Assembly (NCBI GenBank): GCA_964628435.1
Contig: CAZVON010000002.1
Coordinates: 26,179 to 72,344 of the forward strand
Length of the DNA stretch: 46,166 nt
DNA from: an uncultured Gammaproteobacteria bacterium
GTDB lineage: Bacteria; Patescibacteriota; Microgenomatia; Levybacterales; UBA12049
Direction of reading: 5' to 3'
The position numbers and the translations under genes are program-made. Positions 1-10,243 of the stretch are shown one piece after another; the first letter of the stretch is position 1, and every line of letters begins with the position of its first letter. The notes under the pieces were generated by a model. It saw only the letters and a list, made by a program, of their open reading frames with translations, was not told the DNA's origin and did no database searches.

Positions 1-305
1 CGGGATTTCAAGTGGGGCAGGATTAACATTGTATCTTTTGCTGACATGGTTTTTAAAAGTCAAAGAAGCAACCACCTATATTATGATGTTTAAAAAAATC
101 GGTAATTGGCGAGAAATCTTAGGCAGCCGACAAGAGGTCATCGATAGCACGAGAATTAATCCCTAATATTGAGAACCCGGCTTAAAGAAATCTTAAGTTC
201 ATAAAATTGTTCACAGGCAAGCAACTTATAGATGAAAGTCTTCTCTATATCCTTTGCAATCTGTTTTGGAGTCCTTCTACAAACTACTGATTATACAAAG
301 ATTAT

Positions 306-334
306 TTGATTTTGAAACAGATTGGAATTATACT
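306..334 (+). promoter_or_regulatory. Putative sigma70 promoter for lepA
   Basis: TTGATT (306-311), 17-nt spacer, TATACT (329-334), upstream of ATG 359. Confidence 0.5.
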
Positions 335-358
335 ACTGTTCATATATTTCAATTTGGA

Positions 359-2128
359 ATGAACAAAAACCATATCAGAAATTTTGCCATTATTGCCAAT
401 GTGGATCATGGAAAATCTACTCTTGCCGATCGCATGCTTGAGGTTACCAAGACAGTCTCCAAGGAAGAAATGGAAGAACAGTTTTTGGATAGAAATCCCA
501 TTTCTCGAGAGCGCGGCATTACTATCAAGCTCGCTCCCGTCAGAATGAACTACATTCTGAATTCTGAACTCTACATTCTAAACTTGATTGATACTCCTGG
601 CCACGTGGATTTTTCCTATGAAGTTTCGCGTACCCTTGCAGCATGTGAAGGCGTAGTTCTTTTGGTTGACGTAACCCAAGGAATTCAAGCGCAAACTGTT
701 GCGCATTACCAAACTGCGCAAAAATTAAACTTAAAAATTATTCCCGTAATTAATAAAATAGATTTACCAGATGCAAAGATTGAGGAAGTGGCAAAAGAAA
801 TAATGGAACTTACTAGTTGTACCAGAGGCGAAATTTTGCTGGTGTCTGCAAAAACAGGACAAAACATTGAGGTTCTTCTTGAAAGAATAGTAATGCACGT
901 TCCTGCTCCGCAGGGAAAAAACGATGTGCTTCGCGCTTTAATTTTTGACGCTGTATACGATGAGTATCGCGGAGTTGTTGCGTATGTTCGGATTATTGAT
1001 GGAAATGTTAAAAAGGGAGAGCGTATTCAACTATTTCAAAATCATGCAAAAACAGACATTACAGAATTAGGATTTTTTTCTCCTTTTTTGTACCCATCAG
1101 AAAGGTTGATAGCTGGAGAAATTGGGTATATTATTACCGGTATTAAAGATATTCGACAGTGCAGAGTTGGAGACACGATAATCAATTCAGAATTTAAAAT
1201 TCAGAATTCAGAACACGCGATCAATGAAAAAAAGCAAAAAGTGTATGTTCTCCCTGGATATATTGTTCCAAAACCAATGGTGTTTTTGGGAGTATATCCT
1301 CGTAGTACGAGCAATCTAGTCCATCTGAAAGAATCTTTAGTAAAGTTGGCGCTCAACGATACCGCATTAAGTTTTACCGAAGAATATTCAGCTTATTTAG
1401 GAAGTGGGTATCGAGTAGGTTTCTTGGGACTATTGCACGCTGAAATTGTAAAAGAACGACTCAAGCAAGAGTTTAATCTTGACTTGTTGTTTACCATGCC
1501 ACATGTGCTATACGAACAGACAGGTGATGGTCGTTTGCGTGAGCCAATCATAAAGTTGACTGTTTATACGCCCATCACCTATGTTGGTAATATTATGACA
1601 ATCTGCCAAAAGAAAAAAGGGATACTTCTGTCGTTAAACTACCATGAGTCTTATGCTGTTTTGGAATACAAGCTTTCTTATAGTATGTTTATGAGAGGAC
1701 TTTCTGCGGAACTCAAATCTGTATCATCTGGATTTGCAAGTATTGATTACGAACTCATAGACTATGAAGAAGCAGATCTGGCTAGACTTGAAATTCGTAT
1801 TAACGACTATCCAATTGATGTATTGTCAGAGTATGTGTATAAAGACGAAGCGATATATAAAGCCCGAGAAAAAGCAGCACATTTAAAAAATTCAATTCCT
1901 AAGCAACAGTTTAGACAAATAATCCACGGAGTGGTGGACGCGGCGATTGTGGTAAGAGAAGAGATTCCACCATTTAGAAAAGATGTCTTACAAAAAATGT
2001 CTGGTGGAGATAGAACAAGAAAAGATAAACTGTTGGAAAAGCAAAAAAAAGGAAAATCACGGATGCTTCAGACAGCAAAAATAGAACTACCCCAAGAAGC
2101 GCTCTATTCGTTATTAGAAAATAAGTAA
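359..2128 (+). CDS. lepA: Elongation factor 4 (LepA)
   Basis: IRNFAIIANVDHGKSTLADR, RERGITIK, LNLIDTPGHVDFSYEV, NKID, GFLGLLH, C-terminal GGDRTRKDKLLEKQKKGK. Start moved from TTG 254 to ATG 359 (MNKNHIRNF). Confidence 0.97.
   Translation: MNKNHIRNFAIIANVDHGKSTLADRMLEVTKTVSKEEMEEQFLDRNPISRERGITIKLAPVRMNYILNSELYILNLIDTPGHVDFSYEVSRTLAACEGVVLLVDVTQGIQAQTVAHYQTAQKLNLKIIPVINKIDLPDAKIEEVAKEIMELTSCTRGEILLVSAKTGQNIEVLLERIVMHVPAPQGKNDVLRALIFDAVYDEYRGVVAYVRIIDGNVKKGERIQLFQNHAKTDITELGFFSPFLYPSERLIAGEIGYIITGIKDIRQCRVGDTIINSEFKIQNSEHAINEKKQKVYVLPGYIVPKPMVFLGVYPRSTSNLVHLKESLVKLALNDTALSFTEEYSAYLGSGYRVGFLGLLHAEIVKERLKQEFNLDLLFTMPHVLYEQTGDGRLREPIIKLTVYTPITYVGNIMTICQKKKGILLSLNYHESYAVLEYKLSYSMFMRGLSAELKSVSSGFASIDYELIDYEEADLARLEIRINDYPIDVLSEYVYKDEAIYKAREKAAHLKNSIPKQQFRQIIHGVVDAAIVVREEIPPFRKDVLQKMSGGDRTRKDKLLEKQKKGKSRMLQTAKIELPQEALYSLLENK
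555..1213. repeat. Long-range inverted repeat of heptamer units (TTCTGAA/TTCAGAA) inside lepA; arms 555-589 and 1180-1213
   Basis: TTCTGAATTCTGAA (555-568) is the exact reverse complement of TTCAGAATTCAGAA (1200-1213); imperfect complementarity extends to about 35 nt. Confidence 0.65.
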
Positions 2129-2133
2129 CTCAA

Positions 2134-3285
2134 TTAAAGAGCAAAGAAAATCATCGCGCCAATAATCGAAAGTGCCGCTCCTGCTAATCCAACTCCAATA
2201 AAGGTTTCTCCTGGACCAGAAGATGGTAATGGTTCTCGAGTGGCGGTTGGTTGATTAACGATTGGCGCTGTCGTTGCGGTAGGTATTATGGTTGCCGATG
2301 GCGTGCTGGTTCCAGTTCCATTTCCACTTGATCCTTGCGTTACCGTTATTGTTTGAGCACAGGTAGCTGGCGTACTGGTAGCGTTATTGTTATCTGTCAA
2401 GATTGCGCTTGCTTTATAAGTGCCAGGATTATTATAGGTGTGGGCAACTTGTACGCTGACCGTGTTTGATCCAATACCTCCTCCTTGAGTAGTGTCTTGT
2501 ACTGGGCCATCTCCAAAATCAAAAGTAACTTTTTGAATGGTTCCATTGGTATCAGTACCATTTGCGGTAAACGTAATAGAAAAAGGCGCAGTTCCCGAAG
2601 TGGTTCTATCGACATTCAAGGAAGTACAAGCAGGCGCTTGGTTGGCAGCCTGAGGAGCAGATGTTAGGGTGGGAGTGGGCGCTGCGTCTGCAATGGTAAG
2701 ACTGATGGGTTCTTGTGAAGAGATTACATTCTCATTAAATTGGTCAGGACAATTCGTTGGATCTGCTGGAGTACAGCGAGAAGAGAGGACTTGCGTTTGA
2801 GGATCTGGCGCAAAGCGTATTTGAGTCGTTCCCGATCCAGTTGCTTGAAAGGTAAGCGTTGCGATTTTTGTAACTGTTTGGATAAGCTTGGTTGTATCTG
2901 CGCCTATAGAAAGAGTAATAGAAATATTATTAGAAGTAATGGTAGGTCCTTCTAGTGTTGCTGGAAAAACTTGCGTGTTTGGGCAAATACTGCTTCCACA
3001 TTCAGTACCGGTCGTCACAGGTGTTAATTTGCTGGGCTCAAATGTAAAAGTTAACTTTGCAAAATTAACAATATTTTGTCCTGGGTCCATCATCACATCT
3101 AGTCGCACGGTATCTCCTACCTTAATTGGTTGGGAGGGGGGCGTAAAGTAAAGCCGTGTTGAAGGGGTTGCTTTGCTAGTGGTTATTTGTTGTTGTTGCA
3201 ATAGATATATGGTAAGAGGGATAGCGATAAGAAGTACAACAATGACACCTAAAAGAAGTAATTTTTTGGGTGTTGAAAATGCCAT
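2134..3285 (-). CDS. Cell-surface protein: N-terminal TM/signal, cohesin-like domain, PKD domain, C-terminal LPSSG + TM sorting signal
   Basis: Hydrophobic N-terminus; cohesin-like IKVGDTVRLDVMMD...IATLTFQATGSGTTQIRF; PKD motif FDFGDG...HTYNNPGTYKA; T/P-rich linkers; LPSSG followed by a hydrophobic helix. Confidence 0.75.
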   Translation of the reverse strand: MAFSTPKKLLLLGVIVVLLIAIPLTIYLLQQQQITTSKATPSTRLYFTPPSQPIKVGDTVRLDVMMDPGQNIVNFAKLTFTFEPSKLTPVTTGTECGSSICPNTQVFPATLEGPTITSNNISITLSIGADTTKLIQTVTKIATLTFQATGSGTTQIRFAPDPQTQVLSSRCTPADPTNCPDQFNENVISSQEPISLTIADAAPTPTLTSAPQAANQAPACTSLNVDRTTSGTAPFSITFTANGTDTNGTIQKVTFDFGDGPVQDTTQGGGIGSNTVSVQVAHTYNNPGTYKASAILTDNNNATSTPATCAQTITVTQGSSGNGTGTSTPSATIIPTATTAPIVNQPTATREPLPSSGPGETFIGVGLAGAALSIIGAMIFFAL

Positions 3286-3316
3286 AATATCCCCTATTAA
3301 ACTAAGCGATATATGT

Positions 3317-3346
3317 ATCGTATAAGAGAATGTACTGTAGTGTCAA
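3317..3346 (-). promoter_or_regulatory. Divergent sigma70 promoter for the surface-protein gene
   Basis: Minus strand TTGACA (3346-3341), 18-nt spacer, TACGAT (3322-3317). Confidence 0.55.
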
Positions 3347-3371
3347 GTATAAAAAACTCAACTATAGGTTA

Positions 3372-3427
3372 TTGACAACAGAAAAAACATAGTGTATAAA
3401 TTAGCAGTCATAATCTTCAATTGACAT
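3372..3427 (+). promoter_or_regulatory. groES promoter followed by a partial CIRCE-like operator
   Basis: TTGACA (3372-3377), 17 nt, TATAAA (3395-3400); then TTAGCAGTC (3401-3409)-N9-degenerate AATTGACAT. Confidence 0.6.
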
Positions 3428-3465
3428 TTCTTTCTGCCCGATAAAATAATTTTTTTATATCATCT

Positions 3466-3789
3466 ATGGCACGAAAAACAAATTCGACAGTTAACAATTC
3501 GGTTAATATTCAACCATTGTTTGATAATGTGCTTATACGGCCTTTAGATGCCGAAGCAAAAACCGCAAGCGGTATCATTCTTCCTGATTCAGCAAAAGAA
3601 AAACCACAAAAAGGGACTGTAATGGCAGTAGGTCTTGGCGCGTATGATGAAGATGGAGAAAGAGTTCCAATGGACGTAAAAGTTGGTCAAATGGTTATGT
3701 ATAAAAAATGGGGAGGAAACGAAATAAAAGTAAAAGGAGAGGAATGGATTTTAGTCGAACAAAAAGATATTCTTGCAATTGTTAACTAA
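3466..3789 (+). CDS. groES: Co-chaperonin GroES
   Basis: IQPLFDNVLI, KTASGIILPDSAKEKPQKGTVMAVG, DILAIV; directly upstream of groEL. Confidence 0.97.
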   Translation: MARKTNSTVNNSVNIQPLFDNVLIRPLDAEAKTASGIILPDSAKEKPQKGTVMAVGLGAYDEDGERVPMDVKVGQMVMYKKWGGNEIKVKGEEWILVEQKDILAIVN

Positions 3790-5454
<1,665 letters not shown>

Positions 5455-5474
5455 CACTGAAAAAGTATTGTAAT

Positions 5475-5503
5475 TTGTAACTACGGTTTTTCTTTGGTAT
5501 AGT
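5475..5503 (+). promoter_or_regulatory. Putative sigma70 promoter (extended -10) for the PEGA/SH3 gene
   Basis: TTGTAA (5475-5480), 17 nt, TGgTATAGT (-10 at 5498-5503). Confidence 0.5.
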
Positions 5504-5515
5504 AGTATCTTGCCT

Positions 5516-6367
5516 ATGCGCAAAATACTATTTTTTCTCCTACCAATAATGGTTGTAGGAGGTATATTGGTATGGTATACGACCTTTTTTAAGAAGGGAA
5601 ATGAAAAAGGAGCGTTACAAGTAACCTCCATCCCTAAAAGTGCTGTGTATTTGAACGGTAAACAAATTGGGCAAACACCACTTTGTAAATGCGATCCAGG
5701 GACTATGTTGCCGGTTGGTGAGTATACAGTAAAATTGGTACCTTTAGAAAGTACAAGCCTTCCGTTCGAAGAGAAAGTTACTATAGGGAAATCAGTATTA
5801 ACAGTTGTAGACAGAACATTTGGTGAAGGTCCCACCGCAGAAGGTAGTATTATAACATTAACGCCTCTTAAAACTACAAAAGACGTAGAATTGCTGATTC
5901 TTTCTTTACCAGATAAAGCAGAGGTCCTTCTGGATAATGTTATTGCTGGTTCAACACCATTACTATTAAACAACATTAGCGCTTCAGATCATGAGATTAA
6001 AATACTTAAAAGTGGATATAAAGAAAAAATTGTGAGAATTCGTGTAGTACCGGGATATAAACTTACAGGCATGATTTATTTAGGCATTAATCCGTCTCTG
6101 GAAGCACAATCTGCCACAAAGAATTCTTCTGTAGAAAAAGAAGCTTCTGAGTCGGCAACTCCATTTCTTGTGCAGGTGAGCATTTTATCAACTCCTACAG
6201 GGTTTCTACGTGTCAGCGCGGTTAGTTCATTAGATGCCTCAGAAATTGCTCAAGTTACTCCAGGAGAATCATTTGAACTGTTAGAAGAAAAAACAGAGTG
6301 GTTTCGTATTAAACTGCAGGATGGTAGTTCGGGCTGGATTAGTTCTGCGTACGCCCAAAAAGAGTAA
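5516..6367 (+). CDS. Membrane-anchored PEGA-domain protein with C-terminal bacterial SH3 domain
   Basis: N-terminal TM; two PEGA repeats (LQVTSIPKSAVYLNGKQIGQTP; ILSLPDKAEVLLDNVIAGSTP...HEIKILKSGY); SH3b-like TGFLRV...WFRIKLQDGSSGWISS. Confidence 0.8.
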   Translation: MRKILFFLLPIMVVGGILVWYTTFFKKGNEKGALQVTSIPKSAVYLNGKQIGQTPLCKCDPGTMLPVGEYTVKLVPLESTSLPFEEKVTIGKSVLTVVDRTFGEGPTAEGSIITLTPLKTTKDVELLILSLPDKAEVLLDNVIAGSTPLLLNNISASDHEIKILKSGYKEKIVRIRVVPGYKLTGMIYLGINPSLEAQSATKNSSVEKEASESATPFLVQVSILSTPTGFLRVSAVSSLDASEIAQVTPGESFELLEEKTEWFRIKLQDGSSGWISSAYAQKE

Positions 6368-6368
6368 A

Positions 6369-7313
6369 TCAACCTCCAATAATATAAATAATGCTTGCTA
6401 CGAGTAGTATCCAAATGACTACAGTTGAGAGTAATGGAACATCGTGGAGTAACACTTTTTCTGGACTTTCTCCTTCGTGTTTTTCATAGATGTCTTGTAG
6501 GTATCGCATTAATCCATATACAACTGGAATGATAGTGATCATAAGCCATTTTCTTTGAAAAAAAGATGGCAAAAATTCTGGCATAAGGATATCTAAAGAG
6601 ATTCTTACTCCACTTGGGTTTTCCAAAAAGGTAAATAGTGAATAAAAAATAAACGTTGAGGTAGCAAAAATAGACGCATATACGTCTAACAATCGTTCTG
6701 AATAATGCGACAATGTTTTTCGGGTATATTTTATTTCTGCAGGAGAAAATTTAGAAAGAAGCGTAAGTTCTGATCGTCTTTTCCCAATGGCAAGGAATAA
6801 AGATAGCGCAATAGTAGTCAGTAAAAGCCATACAGAAATATGATACCCAGTAGCAAACTCACCCGCGTATACCCGCAAAATATAGCCTGCTGCTAACGCT
6901 AAAATATCAATTACTGCGATATGTTTTAGAAAAAAAGAATAGGATATTTGAAGAACTAAATATACAAAAATAGAGATAAAAAATGCAGGGGTAATGAAGA
7001 ACCCAAGTGCAAAAGAAAAAAAAGTAAGTATTAAAGCAGTAGCAATGGCAACTGAGAGTGAAATATCTCCCCTGGCAAGAGGACGAAATTTTTTAAACGG
7101 ATGGAGTCGGTCTTTTTCTCGATCGAGAATATCATTAACAATATAGATTGCAGAAGAAAGCATGCAAAAGACAATAAACGCCATCATCACTTTCTCAAGA
7201 CTGATAAAATCAAATAGCTGTCCAGTGAAGGTGATTGCAGCGAAGACAGCGATATTTTTGGTCCATTGTCGTGGCCGAATTAGCCTCAATAGGTTATAAA
7301 GCGTTTTTTTCAT
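6369..7313 (-). CDS. UbiA-family prenyltransferase, decaprenyl-phosphate phosphoribosyltransferase-like
   Basis: LIRPRQWTKN, YIVNDILDREKDRLHPFKKFRPLARG, YSFFLKH, GYILRV, GKRRSEL; multiple TM helices. ATG 7313 (MKKTLY) preferred over 7331. Confidence 0.8.
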   Translation of the reverse strand: MKKTLYNLLRLIRPRQWTKNIAVFAAITFTGQLFDFISLEKVMMAFIVFCMLSSAIYIVNDILDREKDRLHPFKKFRPLARGDISLSVAIATALILTFFSFALGFFITPAFFISIFVYLVLQISYSFFLKHIAVIDILALAAGYILRVYAGEFATGYHISVWLLLTTIALSLFLAIGKRRSELTLLSKFSPAEIKYTRKTLSHYSERLLDVYASIFATSTFIFYSLFTFLENPSGVRISLDILMPEFLPSFFQRKWLMITIIPVVYGLMRYLQDIYEKHEGESPEKVLLHDVPLLSTVVIWILLVASIIYIIGG

Positions 7314-8391
7314 CGGCTTTTTCCATAACAAAATGTAGAAATAGAAGGGCTCCTCCTACAATTACTCCAAGCATAATAATGACAAATACTTTTCCTTCAC
7401 TCGAAAGTATGAGAGATAACGTCCCCAATATAGCAGAAATACCCCAATAAAACAATGCAATAGATCGTTGTGGAAATCCTAACTTTAACAATAAGTGATG
7501 AAGGTGTTTCTTGTCATGCCAAAATGGTGATTTACCAGTGAATATTCGTCTCAGAATAGTAAATGCGCCATCAACCATAGGTACTCCCATTACAAGTATT
7601 GCTGTTGCAAGTTTTGCACCAGAAAGAATAGAAACGACGCTTAATAGTAAATACACAAATGTAGCACCATAGCCAGGGAAAATTTTTGCCGGATAAAAGT
7701 TAAATATCAGAAATCCTGCCGATATTCCAGCGATAATAAATGATAATGTTGCTACGATTTCGGTTTGAATAGTTGAGTCAGAATATCGAAGGCTCAACAA
7801 ACCAATAACAATTGCAGAAATGGCGACAATACCAGGCATTTGTCCATCAACCCCCTTGCTCCAATTGAGCATATTCATGACCCAAACAATCCAGACAAGA
7901 GCAAGAATATCACCTATTGAAAATGAGAAAGGAATTCCCATTATAGCAGTAGCAATTTTTAGAGTGTCTAAATGAAGAATACCTCCAAGTGGATTGGTAA
8001 TAAACGGAATACTGATCCCGCTTCCCACAATAATCGCAGCGGTAAAAATATTACCAATAAACCGTAAATATGGAGAGACATCAAGCTTATCATCAAGAGT
8101 GCCGATCAGAAGTGCCAGAAAAGATGCAAAAAATAAGGAAGTGGTAATAGGAGTGATTGGTAAAAAAACAAGACTGGTAATAAAAAAACCAATAAAAAGG
8201 GGAATGCCGCCGCCTCGAGGAATAGGAGTCTTATGAATAATCGCAGGATGTTTATGAAGTTTTGGATCATCGAAAATTCCCATTTTTTTTATAAAAATCA
8301 GCGCAATGGGTGTACTTACTGCTGTGATGATCAAGGCGATAATGAAAGGAAGAAGGTAAGTTAAAAACGGTATGTTAACTATCATACGCAT
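7294..8391 (-). CDS. MraY/WecA-family (PNPT) polyprenyl-phosphate sugar-1-phosphate transferase, atypical motifs
   Basis: PIPRGGG, GTLDDK, NMLNWSKGVDG, FNFYPAKIFPG, HLHH; about 11 TM helices; TAATG overlap with the upstream gene. Confidence 0.85.
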   Translation of the reverse strand: MRMIVNIPFLTYLLPFIIALIITAVSTPIALIFIKKMGIFDDPKLHKHPAIIHKTPIPRGGGIPLFIGFFITSLVFLPITPITTSLFFASFLALLIGTLDDKLDVSPYLRFIGNIFTAAIIVGSGISIPFITNPLGGILHLDTLKIATAIMGIPFSFSIGDILALVWIVWVMNMLNWSKGVDGQMPGIVAISAIVIGLLSLRYSDSTIQTEIVATLSFIIAGISAGFLIFNFYPAKIFPGYGATFVYLLLSVVSILSGAKLATAILVMGVPMVDGAFTILRRIFTGKSPFWHDKKHLHHLLLKLGFPQRSIALFYWGISAILGTLSLILSSEGKVFVIIMLGVIVGGALLFLHFVMEKADEKNAL

Positions 8392-8744
8392 TAAATCATT
8401 AATTGGAGTGTTCTGATACTAAACAAAAGGGTAAAAATGCAAATAAGAAGACTTACTACAGCAAAAATTCTTGATACTAACGGTAGTTTTTCATATAAAT
8501 AAGCAGACAGAAAAAAATTAATTATGCACACAAATGTGGTTATTCCAATAGGAAGAAAAATTGTGTTTTTTGCACCAATACGCATATCTCCCCATGGCAT
8601 TTGGTTAAAGATCGGAAGATAAGGAGGGATTTGCGAATATAGTAGCAAGATATATGAAACACTAATTACCAACAGTGAAATGCTGGAAAGATATCCTAAC
8701 AGAAAAGTATTGTCATTTTTGAATTGCTTAAAAGAGATATTCAT
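8391..8744 (-). CDS. Small integral membrane protein (DUF1648-like)
   Basis: Three hydrophobic helices, IPPYLPIFNQMPWG motif; tightly coupled within the operon (alternative start 8756). Confidence 0.6.
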   Translation of the reverse strand: MNISFKQFKNDNTFLLGYLSSISLLVISVSYILLLYSQIPPYLPIFNQMPWGDMRIGAKNTIFLPIGITTFVCIINFFLSAYLYEKLPLVSRIFAVVSLLICIFTLLFSIRTLQLMI

Positions 8745-10230
8745 ACACAATGGCATTTTTAATAACTATTTTAGGAACATACCCGTTGAGTCGGAACGGA
8801 ATCGGGTGATGACGAGAAGTTATCACAATAAACGCAGGTCTATTATTGAGAACTGCTTGTTTAGATTCCTCTAAAGTTTTGGGGGTTGCTGTCATATGAT
8901 ATGCGACAGTAAAACGACCAGGTGGTAATTTATGAACAAGTTTATAAAGTTGTGCATTGTTTCCCCAGATAAACAGGGAATCTGTTTTCTTTGCGTGCAT
9001 TTTTAGGTATTGCGCTAATTCATAATCAGTGGGAGTATTTGCATCAAAAAAAGCTTGGTAGGCTTGCAAAGATTTTTTATGAGTTAAAAATTCATAAAAA
9101 TTTATATAGTAACCTACATTCTTTTTATATAAGTCAAAATTTTTTATTACAATCATCAGTAGAATAAAAAAAAGGAAACATCCAGTAAAAAACAAGCTTC
9201 TTACGATAATTTTTTTTGTTTTTTGAATAATGACAAATTCCTGAAGCAATAGTCCTATAAGAAGTACGAAACTGGGAAGAAGTACAAGCAAATAGTGGGT
9301 ATATGGTCGTTGAGAAAATAACGCATTAAAAAGAGAGAAAAGTACCCAGATTAAAATAAACAGAAATGAAGAAGAAAGCGTAAAACGATTCTTGATAAGA
9401 ATATATATACTGAAAAAAAGAATGCCTAATTTTAGAAGTAGTAATCCTTGTGGAATAAAGAATCTATTTCCATATCCTACATATCCCACATTTTGAATGA
9501 AAGCCGCAGTGAAAAAATCAAAAAACGCTCCATTGATAAGGAAAAAAACTCCAGTGCTAACAATGGGAAGGAAAAATCCACCAGCAAAGGGTATCAGATG
9601 AAAGAAAGTTTGGACGACATTTCTTTTCAGCGTTCCCACAGAAAGAAGGAATATAGAAAAAGCAAGAAAATCAAAGAAAGCAACTGCTTTAAACATAAAC
9701 GCAATAGACAGTACTATACCAGCGGCTAAGAGTTTGTAGGGGTTAAGAGAGGAGGCCGTGGTAAATACTAAAAGCCCTGCATACATAATTGGAAGAAGCA
9801 TAAAATTTTCCGCATTTGCAATATTTCCTTCTAAAAGGGGAATAGCAAATAATAATGCGTATAGTCCTGTTATACCATACACAACTTGAGGATAAAAAGT
9901 ACCTGAGATATTTGTAAACAATTTTTGGCTCAGGAAAAAGAAAGATATTACAGATATAAGTCCTACCACAAGTGATACCAACCGAATGGTAAACTGATCA
10001 GAAGAAAATAATGCATACGTTACATATAACAACGGAGGTTTATTATCCCAAATATCTCGATAAAGAAATCGGCCATCTGAAAGTCCCATACCAATTACCT
10101 GATAAATTCCCTCATCTCCATACCAGTATGGTTCAAATAATGATGGGAGTCTCAATAGGATAAAAAAGAAAGAAATGAGAAGGAGAATCCAATAAGTGGT
10201 GTTTTTTTCAAGATAGACGAGAAATTTCAT
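8728..10230 (-). CDS. GT-C fold membrane glycosyltransferase (ArnT/PMT-like)
   Basis: WYGDEGIY acidic loop after TM1, LYRDIWDNKPP, ANAENFM, RPYTHY; many TM helices plus a C-terminal extracellular domain. Confidence 0.75.
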   Translation of the reverse strand: MKFLVYLEKNTTYWILLLISFFFILLRLPSLFEPYWYGDEGIYQVIGMGLSDGRFLYRDIWDNKPPLLYVTYALFSSDQFTIRLVSLVVGLISVISFFFLSQKLFTNISGTFYPQVVYGITGLYALLFAIPLLEGNIANAENFMLLPIMYAGLLVFTTASSLNPYKLLAAGIVLSIAFMFKAVAFFDFLAFSIFLLSVGTLKRNVVQTFFHLIPFAGGFFLPIVSTGVFFLINGAFFDFFTAAFIQNVGYVGYGNRFFIPQGLLLLKLGILFFSIYILIKNRFTLSSSFLFILIWVLFSLFNALFSQRPYTHYLLVLLPSFVLLIGLLLQEFVIIQKTKKIIVRSLFFTGCFLFFILLMIVIKNFDLYKKNVGYYINFYEFLTHKKSLQAYQAFFDANTPTDYELAQYLKMHAKKTDSLFIWGNNAQLYKLVHKLPPGRFTVAYHMTATPKTLEESKQAVLNNRPAFIVITSRHHPIPFRLNGYVPKIVIKNAIVYEYLF

Positions 10231-10243
10231 GCAAAATGAGTGA

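Noticed and set aside
1-47. Possible minus-strand CDS start (MSAKDTMLILPHLKS...) running off the window edge
   Set aside because: Only 15 codons are visible and there is no recognisable motif; it cannot be supported.
100-200. Slightly GC-richer stretch with AGCCG/CGGCT stem and repeated AGAAATCTTA, considered as a riboswitch or ncRNA
   Set aside because: No match by eye to a known riboswitch, tRNA or SRP consensus and the stem is short; an Rfam cmscan would be needed.
254-358. 35-aa N-terminal extension of LepA in the ORF track
   Set aside because: TTG start upstream of a plausible promoter; homology begins at ATG 359.
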